Of a stretch of DNA of 64,000 bases, positions 47,621-55,964 are shown piece after piece. The stretch is from Limnochordia bacterium (GTDB lineage: Bacteria > Bacillota > Limnochordia > Darwinibacteriales > DTU012). Every line of letters starts with the position of its first letter. The first letter of the stretch is position 1. Below the pieces are notes generated by a model that was given only the letters and a program-made list of their open reading frames with translations, did not search any database and had not been told where the DNA came from. The position numbers and the translations under genes were made by a program. The DNA lies in the NCBI GenBank assembly GCA_007116995.1, contig SKHL01000030.1, positions 11,525 to 75,524 on the forward strand, given 5' to 3'.

Positions 47621-47980
47621 CTAGTAATTCCTTCTGATACTAATAGAATCAACAGACTCAATAATCTCATTGACCTTATTACTTATCGAAGTAGCCGAAT
47701 ACATTATCTCAGAGAACTTCTCCTTAATTATTTCCTTCGCTCTCTCCTCAATGTACTCCGATAAATCTTTCCCCAAACCCTCAAAAAACTCTACAGGATC
47801 TACTTCGTTCCCCGCTATTGTAAGAGATATAGGAACTTCCTTTCCACCACTATCATGAATCATCTTAAAATAATCACTAAAAATATCCTCCCGAGAATCT
47901 AAAAAATGACCCACTATCATTCGAACCCAGTCACTTCTCATATAAGACTCATACGATACTGTATCTTTACTATCTCCCAT
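47621..47980 (-). CDS. Hypothetical protein
   Basis: 119-aa ORF preceded by the CCGTATGTAACAG motif. Confidence 0.45.
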   Translation of the reverse strand: MGDSKDTVSYESYMRSDWVRMIVGHFLDSREDIFSDYFKMIHDSGGKEVPISLTIAGNEVDPVEFFEGLGKDLSEYIEERAKEIIKEKFSEIMYSATSISNKVNEIIESVDSISIRRNY

Positions 47981-48003
47981 AATGAACCATACCCCTCTCT
48001 ATA

Positions 48004-48615
48004 TTATCTCACTGTTACATACGGAGAAATTCTGTCTTTCAGAGATTGATCAATTTCACCTAAATCAATAATCACCTTATACGATTCATCCTCTTGAAGT
48101 TCTTTGACCTTTACCATCCCTAACTCACTTAATATAGTCCTAAATACGTCATCCCACTTCCAAACACCAGAATTCGAACCTATCAAGTTTCTCAGAATTC
48201 GATACCCGTCTAACCCTACTTCCTCACACGTACTACAAAGGGCTGAGAATATATCCTCCTCTAGAATACTATCAATATTTTCTAACCCAAAAACCTTACC
48301 CATAATTTTCTTCAGACACTTCTCTAACTGCCAATCCTCAGATCGACTATAATGTCCGTATCTACCCTTCGCAAATAAAATAAAATGTCTTATTTCATCC
48401 ATCAACCAATTCTCCTCTCTAATAACCCTAACACCATTTTCTATACTTAGTTTATAATAAGAACCCCTCTGAATAATTAACCCATTCTCCCTCAAACGAG
48501 CTAAGCCCCTCCGAACTTCTTTTAAAGTCCAACCCGTATCCTCTAGTACATCCTCTTCCGTAAACCACCCAGTCCTAGAAAAAATAGACTGAAACAGTCT
48601 TTGATTTTTTCTCAA
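48004..48615 (-). CDS. Winged-helix DNA-binding protein
   Basis: The N-terminus GWTLKEVRRGLARLRENGLIIQRGSYYKL is a typical wHTH (MarR/DprA-C-like). Confidence 0.45.
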   Translation of the reverse strand: MRKNQRLFQSIFSRTGWFTEEDVLEDTGWTLKEVRRGLARLRENGLIIQRGSYYKLSIENGVRVIREENWLMDEIRHFILFAKGRYGHYSRSEDWQLEKCLKKIMGKVFGLENIDSILEEDIFSALCSTCEEVGLDGYRILRNLIGSNSGVWKWDDVFRTILSELGMVKVKELQEDESYKVIIDLGEIDQSLKDRISPYVTVR

Positions 48616-48629
48616 AGTAATACCACATC

Positions 48630-49031
48630 CTATAACAACTTCAGATCTCCCGTTATCTTATCAATCTTCGAACTCAAATGAGGTCCAACCGCAACCGCAG
48701 TATATGTAGGCTCCTTAAACTCCGTCAAACCCATATCTTGAACTATAGAACACGGTAGGGCGTTGTTACACGCTCTACGATAAACAATGAACAATTCCTC
48801 TTCACTGTCTACACTCACAACTACCTTCTTACATAACCCCTGAATCCACTCCATCATATAGGGTAGACTTTCGGTTGATATCATACCGACCTCAGACCCT
48901 AACCAGTCCCCAACACCTACTCTATCTGTTAAAACCATCAAAGAAGCATGTGCCCCCTGAGCAATCATCTTACCCTTCCTCATATTTAAGTCCTTACGAA
49001 CTACGATTACTTGTTTGATATCATCCATCAC
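48630..49031 (-). CDS. Peptidyl-tRNA hydrolase, PTH2 type
   Basis: KQVIVVRKDLNMRKGKMIAQGAHASL closely parallels the PTH2 signature [25 protein letters not shown], with a C-terminal TAVAVGP block. Confidence 0.8.
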   Translation of the reverse strand: MMDDIKQVIVVRKDLNMRKGKMIAQGAHASLMVLTDRVGVGDWLGSEVGMISTESLPYMMEWIQGLCKKVVVSVDSEEELFIVYRRACNNALPCSIVQDMGLTEFKEPTYTAVAVGPHLSSKIDKITGDLKLL

Positions 49032-49600
49032 CCTACCTCCCGTTCTTCCTCCTCTTCTTCACCACTACACATCACATGAAAAGGAGCCTTTACATAGGGT
49101 GTAAGATATTCCGCCGCCTCTAACGCAAGAATAATTCTCTCCCGAGGACTTCTCCCCTCTCCATCAGAACTATAAAGTGAACCAAGAGCAACCTCATCAC
49201 CCGATCCAACCGCCGAATATCCACAATCCGGTATACCCACTTGATAATCACTGTCTACTTCATAAAGATTCCCCCGATACCCTACTAAGAACTTACCACC
49301 AGACTCTTCACTGTTATTGACCCTCATATACCCACCAGCTTTAAAACAGTCTCTTACACTATCAATGAATCGAGTAGTCATATACTGATAGTCCGACTCC
49401 TCTAATCTCTGTTTAGGAACATGGAATGAATACTGTAATAACTGACCCATACGATATGAACTAGTATATCCTATAATAAATTCCCCAGTTTCAAACACTT
49501 TCCCATCTCTTCTGATCGTATTAAGTCTAGTATTAGACCCACAACTATCTCCACCGATCCAAACAACTCCATCTTTGACAATACCCGCAATACATGTCAA
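49028..49600 (-). CDS. Ntn-hydrolase peptidase, HslV / proteasome-beta-like
   Basis: N-terminal nucleophile immediately after Met (MTCIAGIVKDGVVWIGGDSCGS vs HslV [21 protein letters not shown]) and a later SAVGSGDEVALGSL block (HslV IAIGSGGPYAQAAA). Acidic EEEEEERE tail. Confidence 0.6.
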   Translation of the reverse strand: MTCIAGIVKDGVVWIGGDSCGSNTRLNTIRRDGKVFETGEFIIGYTSSYRMGQLLQYSFHVPKQRLEESDYQYMTTRFIDSVRDCFKAGGYMRVNNSEESGGKFLVGYRGNLYEVDSDYQVGIPDCGYSAVGSGDEVALGSLYSSDGEGRSPRERIILALEAAEYLTPYVKAPFHVMCSGEEEEEEREVG

Positions 49601-49624
49601 ATAACTGTACCCCCTATTATGATA

Positions 49625-49834
49625 TTAACCCTCTATAAATTCCTGCAACACCGATAAAATACCCTCTATGTCAACTACCTTCGAACAACACCCATAATCT
49701 CCATTACATCCCTTTGTAGCTAAAACTCCATTACTGTACAAAAGTATATCCCCATCTTCTACCTGATCAGAGAAGAATTCAATCAATGTTTTTATGTCTC
49801 TTTCTACTGTACCCACCCTAACCCTCTTCTCCAA
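49625..49834 (-). CDS. Small hypothetical protein
   Basis: 69 aa. Confidence 0.35.
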   Translation of the reverse strand: MEKRVRVGTVERDIKTLIEFFSDQVEDGDILLYSNGVLATKGCNGDYGCCSKVVDIEGILSVLQEFIEG

Positions 49835-50025
49835 AATCGACTAATTCTTCTACAATACAAATTACCTTTCTATCAATCCCCCTACTCACTAACCAATCAA
49901 CCTCATCAATACACTCTCTTAGGGTGTTTCTCCGTATAATTATATCCGAAGAATCCATATCCCCTCTCGCCCAAACAATGTACTTACCATCCATATGCTC
50001 AGTACCCTCCCAACCAAATTCTAGT

Positions 50026-50253
50026 TCAATCCTTCTTACGTGTAGAGTCTAAATATTCTTTCGGAACCCCTAGACCAATCGAGCATCTCTCTTTGAAGTA
50101 GTCCAGAGTCCCCTCAACAATCTCTTTATCAACACAATCAGAAATTTCCTTGACCATTTTATCCAACAGACAGTCACAAACCGGAAAATACGTCCCGTTA
50201 TCCTTCATAACCTTTCCACATTCAACACAGAGAAGATCAAGCTTTTCTTTCAT
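50026..50253 (-). CDS. Small zinc-ribbon protein
   Basis: CVECG...CDC...C. Confidence 0.4.
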   Translation of the reverse strand: MKEKLDLLCVECGKVMKDNGTYFPVCDCLLDKMVKEISDCVDKEIVEGTLDYFKERCSIGLGVPKEYLDSTRKKD

Positions 50254-50443
50254 GTTCTCTCCCCTTCAAATACCACATACGAGAAATACCACCAAGCACC
50301 CCACCACAACGAGAGCAACGATATTTCTTATCTATTACCTTATCCGGATTCAAATCAATCGAAAAATCATGATCAGAACACGACTCCAATATCTTCTGAT
50401 TCTCTCTAACCTCTTCAAACACACGATCAATATTCGGTTTCAT
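50237..50443 (-). CDS. Small zinc-ribbon protein
   Basis: CSDH...CSRCGG. Confidence 0.4.
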   Translation of the reverse strand: MKPNIDRVFEEVRENQKILESCSDHDFSIDLNPDKVIDKKYRCSRCGGVLGGISRMWYLKGREHERKA

Positions 50444-50660
50444 AAACTCTCAACCTACCCTCTTCTAATTTTATCTATATTATAGAAAACAGAATTATCC
50501 CCATAATCCAACCCACAAACCCTCCAACTAGAACCCCAAGTATAAGAGGAGACCACCTACCCGCAAAATCCAATAGACCATCCCAGAGTTTCAATAAAAG
50601 ACCTCTAATATTCATACGGAACCCTCCTAACTTACCTAAATAGACCATTAAATGTATACT

Positions 50661-51260
50661 CTATCCTAGTACCGTAGTATAATCAAAGTCCTCTTGTCTA
50701 AAGAACCCGACCAGACCCTTCTCCTCTAATAACTCTTCCTTATGATCGTCCTCTAAACGAATCATCCAATCAAACGCAAACTTCTTCGCATCTTCAATAC
50801 ACGTAAATTTATCTCTGAGTTTTACTCCACCCTCAATATCAGTCCACTGATACTCACCCTTACTATTCTCTTCCCATTTACGATACTTCCGACTACCGTA
50901 CTCATAGTCTATATATCCACGATTGAGTCTACCATCGAAAGTAAACTTACGAGCGAATACTTTCACTTCCCACTTCCACCTCTTCAGATCTGTTCTCTCA
51001 GAGATCAAAACAGAAAAGTCATACTCAACCGCTTTATACAAGTAATACACTGACCCACCGTACCGAACTTCTCTACTCCACTGATAAAACGAGTCTATAT
51101 TCTTTGATACTTCCATCACTCTTTTAAGATAACTACGTTCCTTAACACTATCTTCTAAATCCTCTAAGACACGTTTCTTTTTATCTTCAAGACCTCTCAA
51201 CGTAGACTCTAGATTCCCAATCCGTAACCCTACATCACAAATATATTCATTATAGTCCAT
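50661..51260 (-). CDS. Hypothetical protein
   Basis: 199 aa. Confidence 0.45.
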   Translation of the reverse strand: MDYNEYICDVGLRIGNLESTLRGLEDKKKRVLEDLEDSVKERSYLKRVMEVSKNIDSFYQWSREVRYGGSVYYLYKAVEYDFSVLISERTDLKRWKWEVKVFARKFTFDGRLNRGYIDYEYGSRKYRKWEENSKGEYQWTDIEGGVKLRDKFTCIEDAKKFAFDWMIRLEDDHKEELLEEKGLVGFFRQEDFDYTTVLG

Positions 51261-51293
51261 ACCCGAAAACCCCTTCCTAATTTATGTTCTCAT

Positions 51294-51686
51294 TTACCAC
51301 TCATAATTACGAATTTGTACGGGACCATCTTTAGTTTCCTCTTTCCATCTCTCTTTAAGAAACCTCTCTACTCTCAAGTAATCAAAAAACCCAAAAGTCA
51401 TACCGACCCCATCAAACATAAAAATCGAAGCGTGAACCTGTGATAGCGGATAATCCTCCCCAAAAAAAGAATTGGAGTATCTGTTTTTGACTTTCCATTC
51501 TCTACTCTCAAACTCCCTTATAAATATCTCAAACGTACCCCGACCAGACTTCTCCGAGTTGTTATTCACCGCCTCAAAGTGAAATCTCCAACTCCCCACT
51601 ACTAAAAAAACTTGTATCACTACTAGTAAGAGTACTATACACAAAACCAGAAATGCACCGTACAATACCGGACCCCAATCTAACAC
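51294..51686 (-). CDS. Membrane-anchored hypothetical protein
   Basis: N-terminal TM YGAFLVLCIVLLLVVIQVFLVV. Confidence 0.45.
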   Translation of the reverse strand: MLDWGPVLYGAFLVLCIVLLLVVIQVFLVVGSWRFHFEAVNNNSEKSGRGTFEIFIREFESREWKVKNRYSNSFFGEDYPLSQVHASIFMFDGVGMTFGFFDYLRVERFLKERWKEETKDGPVQIRNYEW

Positions 51687-51707
51687 CTCAACACCTCAAC
51701 ACCTCCC

Positions 51708-51725
51708 ACCTCTATATACGGAGAA
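51708..51725 (-). promoter_or_regulatory. CCGTATATAGAGG motif upstream of gene 51294-51686
   Basis: CTTTTCTCCGTATATAGAGG after hairpin 51732-51755. Confidence 0.45.
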
Positions 51726-51753
51726 AAGAAAAGACACTCCAAGCTAAGAGTGT

Positions 51754-52719
51754 CTACGAGATAAATGATTCTTTGAAGTACCTGAGTAAGAGATTCTTCA
51801 CTTTAGGGTCTAACCCTTCATCATTCTTCACACTGTCATAGATAGAATCCGACTTTTTACCAGACTCCATAGATATCCGACTCACCAAGTCCGACATAAT
51901 ACTCGATAAGTCTTTTTTAACCTTTTTCTGGTTCTTCGCATGACTACTCATAATCTTATCCGCATCCATACACGGAATATCATACGTCTCCCAGTTATCC
52001 CTGTGATAGTAATTCACGTTAAATAAAGCATAAAATCGAGGAGTCTGAAAGAAGTTATAGTCATGAGACGTACCCCGAGTCAACGAACCCGGTCTCACAA
52101 TATCCGTACGACCCTCTCTTACAATAGGGTATTGTACATGATCGTGACCTAGTACAATCGAGTCATAACCCAAATCCGATACATCCTCAAAACTAATATT
52201 CGCCTCATCATGATCGTTCTGATAAAACCTATGAGCACAAAGAATGTTCACAGACGCCTTACTATTTCCCCTCACTAATTCATCTGTATAATCCAGACCC
52301 GTAATCAATGTCTTTTTGTTAATCACAATCCGTCTACCCACATGAATATGTTTAATCACACCAAAATTAAAGAGAATAGATAACGGAGACTTCTCAAGAG
52401 TATCAATCGTATTCCGAGACAAGTCATGATTCCCTACGATAGAATAGACCTCAATACCCTTCTCCTTAAACGACTGAAACGTCTTACCTACCTTATTGAT
52501 TAACTCATTCGGCATCGCGATTTTATTAAATACATCACCCAATAACATCAAATGAGTTACGTTATTCTCAACACAGATATCCCGAACACTCACTAACTTC
52601 TTTAAGACCGTAGACGAGTAATCATCAATCCGACTCGTTGGCTGAGCAGAATCCGCATGTATATCTCCAAGAAATCCAAAACCCTCCGTCTCTTTCATCT
52701 CAATCTGAATGACTTCCAA
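51754..52719 (-). CDS. Mre11/SbcD-family recombination nuclease (T4 gp47-like)
   Basis: Phosphoesterase motifs I GDIHAD, II LLGDVFN, III VGNHD, IV LCAHRF, V LGHDH. ATG with RBS after the CCGTATATAAATTAGAGAGGGG block. Confidence 0.8.
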   Translation of the reverse strand: MEVIQIEMKETEGFGFLGDIHADSAQPTSRIDDYSSTVLKKLVSVRDICVENNVTHLMLLGDVFNKIAMPNELINKVGKTFQSFKEKGIEVYSIVGNHDLSRNTIDTLEKSPLSILFNFGVIKHIHVGRRIVINKKTLITGLDYTDELVRGNSKASVNILCAHRFYQNDHDEANISFEDVSDLGYDSIVLGHDHVQYPIVREGRTDIVRPGSLTRGTSHDYNFFQTPRFYALFNVNYYHRDNWETYDIPCMDADKIMSSHAKNQKKVKKDLSSIMSDLVSRISMESGKKSDSIYDSVKNDEGLDPKVKNLLLRYFKESFIS

Positions 52720-52734
52720 AGTCTCAACCCCTCT

Positions 52735-53034
52735 CTAATTTATATACGGAGAAACTTCCCACGAAATACGAGACGCCCATTTAATCGCATCTTTTTTGTG
52801 TTTCAATATAATCAAGACAGAATCCCCAGAAAGAATACCTACTTTTTCCAATCTATCCATATCCTCATTTAACTGGAACGCCTCTTTATTATACTGATCT
52901 TTTTTCCATGTATCCTCAAGATAGTCCCGAACCATAACAAGACTACTCAACCACGCCCTAGCGGCTACCTTTTCAAACTTATACTTCTTTCCCTTCTCAA
53001 ACTGAGTACTTTCCGAAATCTTTTCTCTATCCAC
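52735..53034 (-). CDS. Hypothetical protein
   Basis: 99 aa. Confidence 0.4.
   Translation of the reverse strand: MDREKISESTQFEKGKKYKFEKVAARAWLSSLVMVRDYLEDTWKKDQYNKEAFQLNEDMDRLEKVGILSGDSVLIILKHKKDAIKWASRISWEVSPYIN
52741..52760 (-). promoter_or_regulatory. CCGTATATAAATTAGAGAGGGG promoter plus RBS block upstream of the Mre11-like gene
   Basis: GTTTCTCCGTATATAAATTAGAGAGGGG, then ATG 52719. Confidence 0.5.
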
Positions 53035-53050
53035 TTCTCTTTCTCCCCTC

Positions 53051-53305
53051 TCAGTTTAAGTCTGTATCACTCGTGTCCCTATCTAAATCTAAATATGCCC
53101 GAGCCTGAGCAAATATAACCGCATCCTTCTCCTCCCAAAACACACCTAACAGAGTCGCCTCATGACCTTTCTCTTTCCGCATTACAATCCAAGTCCTCTC
53201 TCCCAACCTTTCATAGGGATCAAGACAAGTGAAGATATTCCCTACCTCCGGATAATCCTGCTCTTCAATCTGACCCCACATACGATAATAAATTAATGTT
53301 CTCAT
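53051..53305 (-). CDS. Hypothetical protein
   Basis: 84 aa. Confidence 0.4.
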   Translation of the reverse strand: MRTLIYYRMWGQIEEQDYPEVGNIFTCLDPYERLGERTWIVMRKEKGHEATLLGVFWEEKDAVIFAQARAYLDLDRDTSDTDLN

Positions 53306-53310
53306 ACCTA

Positions 53311-53538
53311 TTACCTCCCTCTCAATTTCCTACCTAGTAACGTAAAACCCACCCAAATCATGAATCCAGTAGCCGAGTAAATCACCATACATATAACCAC
53401 CAGTAAAGTGATATTAAAACACTGTTCCGCAGTCAGATAGTCACGATAAAGTAAGTAAACCGTGATAGTAGTCAACACCTGTAAAATAACAAGACCAAAA
53501 ATCTCCTTACTCCAGATACTCCTTAGATATTCCCTCAC
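53311..53538 (-). CDS. Small membrane protein
   Basis: 75 aa, two hydrophobic helices. Confidence 0.4.
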   Translation of the reverse strand: MREYLRSIWSKEIFGLVILQVLTTITVYLLYRDYLTAEQCFNITLLVVICMVIYSATGFMIWVGFTLLGRKLRGR

Positions 53539-53939
53539 CGTAACTCCTTCCTAACTCTCATTAACAACTTACCCAGTCTATTCTCCCCTACCCCATTACA
53601 CTGACCCCAGTATGTATCTCCCCAATAATTATCTTCAACAATTTCTATGTCTCCTGTTTTAAGTAATAGATCCCTTAATTTTTCATTACCAAATTTCTGT
53701 TTCAAAAGAAGATACATAATGTCCTCTTTTACTTCTTCCCAATCTTCCCTTAAAACCAACTTACGACCCAATCTCTTACAGTGACCCGGAGTAGAACTCC
53801 GAAACTGATACCATAAAGACTTATCTTTTGTCTTTGAACACTGATACGCATTTTCTACTGTAGGAAATACGTACCCACAAATACATACCTCACTAGGGTA
53901 GAAGTTGGATAGAAAATTATACTCGTCTCTGAAATACAT
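53535..53939 (-). CDS. NADAR-domain protein (YbiA/DUF1768-like N-glycosidase / ADP-ribose-processing fold)
   Basis: FYPSEVCICGYVFPTVENAYQCSKT...PGHCKRLGRKLVLREDWEEVKEDIMYLLLKQKFGNEKLRDLLLKTGDIEIVEDNYWGDTYWGQCNGVGENRLGKLLMRVR follows the NADAR block order (FSNF.P, E+.+Q.K, P...K.LGR, R.DW...K...M......KF, L..TG...LVE, WG.G..G.G.N.LG..LM..R). Confidence 0.7.
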   Translation of the reverse strand: MYFRDEYNFLSNFYPSEVCICGYVFPTVENAYQCSKTKDKSLWYQFRSSTPGHCKRLGRKLVLREDWEEVKEDIMYLLLKQKFGNEKLRDLLLKTGDIEIVEDNYWGDTYWGQCNGVGENRLGKLLMRVRKELR

Positions 53940-53970
53940 ATCGTCCCCCCCCCTAACATATCTCCTACAC

Positions 53971-53990
53971 CTACCTATACGGAAAAAAGA
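53971..53990 (-). promoter_or_regulatory. CCGTATAGG motif upstream of the NADAR gene
   Basis: CTTTTTTCCGTATAGGTAGG about 30 nt before ATG 53939; after hairpin 53989-54012. Confidence 0.45.
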
Positions 53991-54012
53991 GACCGACCAT
54001 CAGACCGGTCTC
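53989..54012 (-). terminator. Hairpin terminator after gene 54000-54326
   Basis: GAGACCGGTC-TGATGGT-CGGTCTC then TTTTTT. Confidence 0.5.
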
Positions 54013-54326
54013 CAAATATCTGACCAATGTTCCCCTGTCTCCTCACCCCACTGACTTCTAGGGGCAAGTTCCTGACCCGAGAAATTGAAATCCAGACCAC
54101 ATTCACATGTATTCGTGAAGTTACGACATTCGACCTCTTCACCACAATCACATGTAACAACCACAATCACCTTACTGTGAGTAACTGTCATACCCTCCGG
54201 AACACTGTCCTCATAGTTCTCCTGAAACGAATGGGCTTTTTCCAAGTCACTACACTTCACACTATACTCCCTAAACTCATCAAAACTAGAATCCGCCGCA
54301 AAAACCTCAACAAGATACTTCTTCAT
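54000..54326 (-). CDS. Cys-rich hypothetical protein
   Basis: 108 aa with CDCGEEVEC...CEC. Confidence 0.4.
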   Translation of the reverse strand: MKKYLVEVFAADSSFDEFREYSVKCSDLEKAHSFQENYEDSVPEGMTVTHSKVIVVVTCDCGEEVECRNFTNTCECGLDFNFSGQELAPRSQWGEETGEHWSDIWRPV

Positions 54327-54393
54327 TGAAAATCCCCCTCCGATTTTTCCATCTTCAATTTAGAAACGTCTCAACCCATCCAAAACCTCTCCC

Positions 54394-54858
54394 CTACTCT
54401 AACGCGTAATTGGTATCAGACGGAAATACCTCAACATACGCAGAACCAACACCAGCTAATCCCTTCCCACTCCCAGTAATGTATGCCCAAGCAGGCTTTT
54501 CAACGTACCCAAGTCTGTACCCTTTCTTCTCCAAAGTCTTTTCTTTAACACCAGGATTTACCCACTTAACCTCTCCAAATCTATCTACCACCCGATACGC
54601 ATACCCAAACCGAGTCTTACACAAGTTATCAGAAGCAATCGTCCCATCAAGATTCAGTAACACCTCAAACTCAGACAACCCACCATTCTCCAAGATTTCA
54701 ATCTTCGTCCGTAGTAACTCTATACTCAAAGTCGCACAATGAGCAGATACGAAACAACCACTCAGTTCCAGATCCCCTCCAACAACCTTCTCATGACGAT
54801 CATCCGCTCTTTTAACAGCACCTTCCAATTCAACCCGTAAACTCTCTATACGTGTCAT
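54394..54858 (-). CDS. Hypothetical early protein
   Basis: Start re-assigned to MTRIESLRVEL (ATG about 54858) after RBS AGAGAGGGG. The longer tracked ORF overlaps promoter copy 6 (54903-54931). Confidence 0.5.
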   Translation of the reverse strand: MTRIESLRVELEGAVKRADDRHEKVVGGDLELSGCFVSAHCATLSIELLRTKIEILENGGLSEFEVLLNLDGTIASDNLCKTRFGYAYRVVDRFGEVKWVNPGVKEKTLEKKGYRLGYVEKPAWAYITGSGKGLAGVGSAYVEVFPSDTNYALE

Positions 54859-54902
54859 TTTAAGTCCCCTCTCTAACGTTAGTATCACCTGACCACAGTT
54901 TA

Positions 54903-54931
54903 AGTATACCATACAAAACTATACAAGTCAA
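54903..54931 (-). promoter_or_regulatory. Sigma70-like early promoter, copy 6
   Basis: TTGACT-17-TGgTATACT; hairpin AGACCTTCA-AAT-TGAAGGTCT at 54948-54967 upstream. Confidence 0.7.
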
Positions 54932-54966
54932 TACCGTAATGAAAAAAAGACCTTCAAATGAAGGTC

Positions 54967-55245
54967 TTACTTTGTTTCGAAGTGTTTTTTTAGTTCTTTC
55001 TCACATCCCTTACACAGAAAAGTATCCTCAAACCCAATCTCCACTCTCTCCAATTTATCTAATTCATCTCCCTGTAACCCGCAAACAGCACAGCTTGTAC
55101 CCTCTTTTCTCAAAATAATAGAATCCTCATTAACATGAATAGAAATCGCATCTCCCTCCCGAATCTTGAACACTTTTCGTATCTCTTTAGGGATAACAAT
55201 TCTACCTAAATCATCAATCCGTCTTACAATTCCTGTCGATCTCAT
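54967..55245 (-). CDS. AbrB/SpoVT/MazE-family swapped-hairpin DNA-binding protein with C-terminal Cys pairs
   Basis: The N-terminus TGIVRRIDDLGRIVIPKEIRKVFKIREGDAISIHVNEDSIILRK is the AbrB-N signature, followed by CAVCG...CKGCE. Confidence 0.6.
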   Translation of the reverse strand: MRSTGIVRRIDDLGRIVIPKEIRKVFKIREGDAISIHVNEDSIILRKEGTSCAVCGLQGDELDKLERVEIGFEDTFLCKGCEKELKKHFETK

Positions 55246-55258
55246 ACCTCTACCCCCT

Positions 55259-55513
55259 CTATTTATACTCTACTACAACCGGAGAATTCTCAATTCGAAC
55301 CATCAACTCATCGTACACTGTATCCGAGTCCAAGTCCCGAGCTACCTGATACACCTCATAAATCGAGTAAATAGCATCTTCAAACTCTACAGATAAATCT
55401 TTAATAGAAGAAACCCCATTCTCACCTACCACATACTTAATGTTCTCCGTATTTGTTACAATCACAATCCCTCTAATTTCACTCATTTTCCATATTCCCC
55501 TCCCTAAACGCAT
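55259..55513 (-). CDS. Small hypothetical protein
   Basis: 84 aa. Confidence 0.4.
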   Translation of the reverse strand: MRLGRGIWKMSEIRGIVIVTNTENIKYVVGENGVSSIKDLSVEFEDAIYSIYEVYQVARDLDSDTVYDELMVRIENSPVVVEYK

Positions 55514-55694
55514 TTCTTACTTTTCGAACCACTGTAATACTCCCAAACCGAATCACCATAGTATCCTTCAAATGTGTCAACGCCTGATTAACCGCGTCTT
55601 CTTCATCAACACAACTCCCTATGAAAACCTGATACATTGTACCATTAACATCGACCTCTACAACCCTAGAAGAATCCAACTGTTCCTTATTCAT
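55479..55694 (-). CDS. Small hypothetical protein
   Basis: 71 aa. Confidence 0.35.
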   Translation of the reverse strand: MNKEQLDSSRVVEVDVNGTMYQVFIGSCVDEEDAVNQALTHLKDTMVIRFGSITVVRKVRNAFREGNMENE

Positions 55695-55890
55695 TTTTTA
55701 TCATCCCTTCCCATATGTCCGAAGACATACCGATAATCAAGATAACCCCACAAACAAAAGAAGACAACAGAAAAGCCGATACCCCCAGAGAAATTTCCGA
55801 CCCAAGTCCCCTAGTAAGTAGTAAACCTCCTAAGACCCCCGTAGCCACAGCAGTCCAAAATAACGTAAGTACCTGTCTCCAATTAATCAT
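55687..55890 (-). CDS. Small two-TM membrane protein
   Basis: 67 aa, hydrophobic. Confidence 0.4.
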   Translation of the reverse strand: MINWRQVLTLFWTAVATGVLGGLLLTRGLGSEISLGVSAFLLSSFVCGVILIIGMSSDIWEGMIKNE

Positions 55891-55964
55891 GAATACCCCT
55901 CCCTATTTTACTGTCTTATTTCCTTTTAATGTATGAATGTGAAATAACACCCACTCACACGTCT

